This document shows positions 33,880-36,829 of a DNA stretch of 36,829 nucleotides, one piece after another. The notes under the pieces are model-generated. The model had not been told where the DNA came from. It worked only from the letters and a program-made list of their open reading frames with translations, and did no database searches. This DNA comes from Chiloscyllium plagiosum (Eukaryota), in NCBI RefSeq assembly GCF_004010195.1, contig NC_057752.1, forward strand, positions 13,786,300 through 13,823,128. Direction: 5' to 3'. How positions within the stretch are numbered: the stretch's first letter is position 1; each line of letters begins with the position of its first letter. Position numbers and translations under genes: made by a program.

Positions 33880-35022
33880 AGGGTTTGAGTTATAAGGAGA
33901 CGCTGATGCACTGAAGGTGGTGTGTGTATGGAATGAGCTGCCAGAGGAAGTGGTGGAGGCTGGTACAATTACAGCATTTAAAAGGCATCTGGATGGGTAT
34001 ATGAATTGGAAGGGTTTGGAGGGATATGGGCCGGGTGCTGGGAAACGGGACTAGGTAAGGTTGGGACATCTGGTTGGCGTGGACAGGTTGGGCTGAGGGG
34101 TCTGTTTCAGTGCTGTGTGACTCTATGCAACAGATATTGAGCTAACCGGCCTATCGTTTCCAGCTTTCTGTCTGCCTCCACTTTGCTACAAAGGGCTTAC
34201 CTTGTCTGCTTTCCAATCTAACGTGACCTTCTCTGAATCGAGAGTGTTTTGGAAAGTTTAAACCAATGCATCTACTACCCCACAAGCCACTACTTAGATT
34301 CTGAGGATGAAATCCATCAAGTCCCAGACACTTGATGGGGCACAGCTCCATCAGTTGGCTCTGTGTCACTTCCCTGGTGATTGTAGTCTCTTTGATTTCC
34401 TCCCTCACTTACATTTCCGACTTCATGTCGAGATCTGACATGTTACAGAGATGTTATTTTATATCATGAAACCAATGTGAAATTCCTGCTCAATTCCTCT
34501 GCCATCTCTTTATTTTTAATACCCCATACTCCCTTTCTATTGGGCCAATGTTCACTTTGTTCACCCAGTCCTTTGAGTGTAGGAGTTGGCGACGTCATGT
34601 TGAGGTTGTACAGGACATTGGTGAGGTCTCGGCTGGAGAACTGTGTCCAGTTCTGGTCGCCCTGTTACAGGAAGGATATTATTAAACTGGAGAGGGTTCA
34701 GAGAAGAGATTTACCAGAATGTTGCCGGGAATGGAGGGACTGAGTTAGAAGGAGAGGCTGGATAGGCTGGGAGTTTTTTCCCTGGAGCGTTGGAGGTTGA
34801 GGGGTGACCTTATAGAAGTTTATAAAATCATGAGGGGTATAGATAAGGTGAATGGCAGGTATCTTTTCTCGAGGACAGGAGATTTCAAGACTAGGTGGCA
34901 GGAAAGGTTTGGAGGGATATGGGCCAGGAGCAGGCAGGTGGGACTAGTTTAGTTTGGGATTAGGGTCAGCACGGACTGGTTGGACCGAAGGGTCTGTTTC
35001 CGTGCTGTATGATTCTATGACT
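33880..35022. mobile_element. Cluster of CR1/HER1 fragments (+ 33880-34128, - about 34150-34560, + 34570-35022)
   Basis: HER1 3' tails ending tgactctatg and tctatgactc; LYRTLVRSRLENCVQFWSPCYRKDIIKLERVQ. Confidence 0.78.
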
Positions 35023-35044
35023 CTTTTGTTTTTCCCCCTTTTTA

Positions 35045-35250
35045 CATAGAATCATAGAATCCCTGCAGCGCGGAAACAGGCCATTCGGTGCAACAAGTCC
35101 ATACTGACCCTCTGAAGAGCATCCCACCCAGACCCACTCCCACATTCTATCCCCCTAATCCGACATTCCCCATGGCTAATCCACCTAATTTACAGATCCC
35201 TTGAAACTATGGGCAATGTAGCATGGCCAACCCACCTGAACGTGCACGTG
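35045..35250 (-). mobile_element. HE1 SINE 3' portion
   Basis: atagaatccctgcagcgcggaaacaggccattcgg tail and part of the V-domain. Confidence 0.75.
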
Positions 35251-35917
35251 TATCAATAGTAACTCTTACTATCTTCTTTTTGTATTTCCAGCTGGCTTTC
35301 CCTTGCTCGCCAGTGTTTCCCTCCACATCAGTGTTTTTGTCATTTCCTCTTTTCTGCTCAACCTTCTGACCCTTCACATTTGATGTGATGAGAGACTGCG
35401 TGAGTCAGGTTAATACTCTCCGGATTTGAGGAGAATGAGGTTGAGACAGACTTGATTCTGAAGGGTTTCGACAGGGTCGATACTGAGGGGTTGTCACCTC
35501 CAGGCTGGGGAACTCAATGGGGGGGGTGGGGGGGAGGAGAGCACAGTCTCAGGGTAAGGGGATAGTCATTCTGGACTGAGATCAGGAGATATTTCTTCCC
35601 TCAGGGGAGTGGGGGAATCAGTCAAATTCTCTCTCCCAGAGAGTGATGCATACTTCACTGGAGAGTACACTCAGGAGTGATGTAGACAAGAGTTTCAGTC
35701 AAGGAAGCAAAAAGATGGAGGGAGGGGGTGGGAAAGTGCGCTCAATCTGTCTTGAATGTTAAAGCAGCCAAAAGGCTCCCATTTTGGACACGGTGTTTTT
35801 CGAAGTACTGAGGGTTCTCGTGTTTAATGCTGCCGGACTGGGGGTTTGCCGAGTGTTACGGAGAGGGCGGGGAAGGGATTCAAACCGGCTCTCATTCCTC
35901 CTTGCGTTTCCCCACAG

Positions 35918-36048
35918 GGATCACAGAAGAGTACAGGCCTCCGTTCTATGACGTGGTGCCCACTGACCCCAGTTTCGAGGACATGAGGAAAGTTGTCTGC
36001 ACCGACCAGTACAGACCCAGTGTTCCCAACAGGTGGCTCTCCGATCCG
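35918..36048 (+). CDS. Penultimate coding exon (131 nt, phase 1/0) of an ALK1/ALK2 (ACVRL1 or ACVR1) TGF-beta family type I receptor kinase
   Basis: Acceptor cttgcgtttccccacag, donor gtaggc. Translates (G)[47 protein letters not shown] and DQYRP plus linkage to B4GALNT1 suggest ACVRL1, whereas MRK and NRW.SDP look like ACVR1, so the paralogue is not resolved. Confidence 0.9.
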
Positions 36049-36624
36049 GTAGGCAGCCCGCGTCTTTCCGTGCGGTATTCCCTCTTCCGGGGGGAGGGGC
36101 CACGCGTGTTGTGAGCAGGCCCGGCTTGCAGGCCGAAGCCCGGGCAACGATCTTGCATTTGGGTAGCGCCACCCGCGCCCCCCCCTCCCCAGGCAGGACA
36201 CAGCCCCTTCACTGGGACAGTTAGCAGATCACACAAGGAGGCATCGGTTTAAGCAGCACCTTAAATGCGGAAAGGGAGGGAAATCCAGAGCAGATTCCCC
36301 AGAAAACTAAAGGCACGGCGATGGGCCATGTAATGGGGGGAGAATTCTTGGAGCACCGAGATCCCGGAGGTTCGGGGAGGGTGCTGGAGGAGATTACACA
36401 GCTAGGGAGGGCTACGGCCACAGAGGGATTGAACAAGGCCAACTCAGTTTGTCTGACTTCCAGAGCCCAATTGATAGAAAGCACACATCAGGTTCCTGAA
36501 CTGAACCAGAGCCACAATTTATTACAGGGGATTAGACTTTAGCAACAGGGAAATAATTATAAACTATTGCCACATAACATTACTAGTTAAAATTCTAATC
36601 CCCTTATCAAATCCCCACTGCATG

Positions 36625-36829
36625 TACACACACACACACTCCCTCACACGTTCACACATCCACACTCTCACACACTCAGTCACATACACTCACACATACT
36701 CTCACGCACACTCAATACACTCTCACGCACACTCACATACACACATGTGCACACACACATACTCTCACGCACACTAACATACACACACATGTACACTCAC
36801 TCTCATGCACACTCATATACACACACACA
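36625..36829. repeat. Degenerate (CA)n / CA-rich microsatellite
   Basis: Directly visible, runs to the window end. Confidence 0.95.

Overview
Repeat-dense vertebrate genomic DNA, almost certainly from a shark or other cartilaginous fish, judged by many HE1-type V-SINEs and HER1/CR1-type LINE fragments. There are two assembly gaps, 5805-6167 (363 N) and 21523-22022 (500 N). Four real coding exons are visible, all on the + strand. Three consecutive, phase-compatible exons belong to a B4GALNT1-like GM2/GD2 synthase (9009-9101, 12243-12430, 16382-16522). One kinase-domain exon belongs to an ALK1/ALK2 (ACVRL1/ACVR1) type I receptor (35918-36048). Neither gene is complete and the two lie on opposite sides of the 500-N gap. 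Nearly all other ORFs in the track are retroelement debris. The most interesting signal is a set of Penelope-like (PLE) sequences carrying minimal hammerhead ribozyme motifs. These include one well-formed motif in a PLE terminal fragment (19494-19533, -), a fold-back PLE RT fragment, and a family of short hairpin-shaped insertions with 10-12 bp target-site duplications. One of these hairpins has captured 52 nt of neighbouring genomic DNA in its loop. Repeat boundaries were read by eye and are approximate, and family names come from recall rather than a database search.
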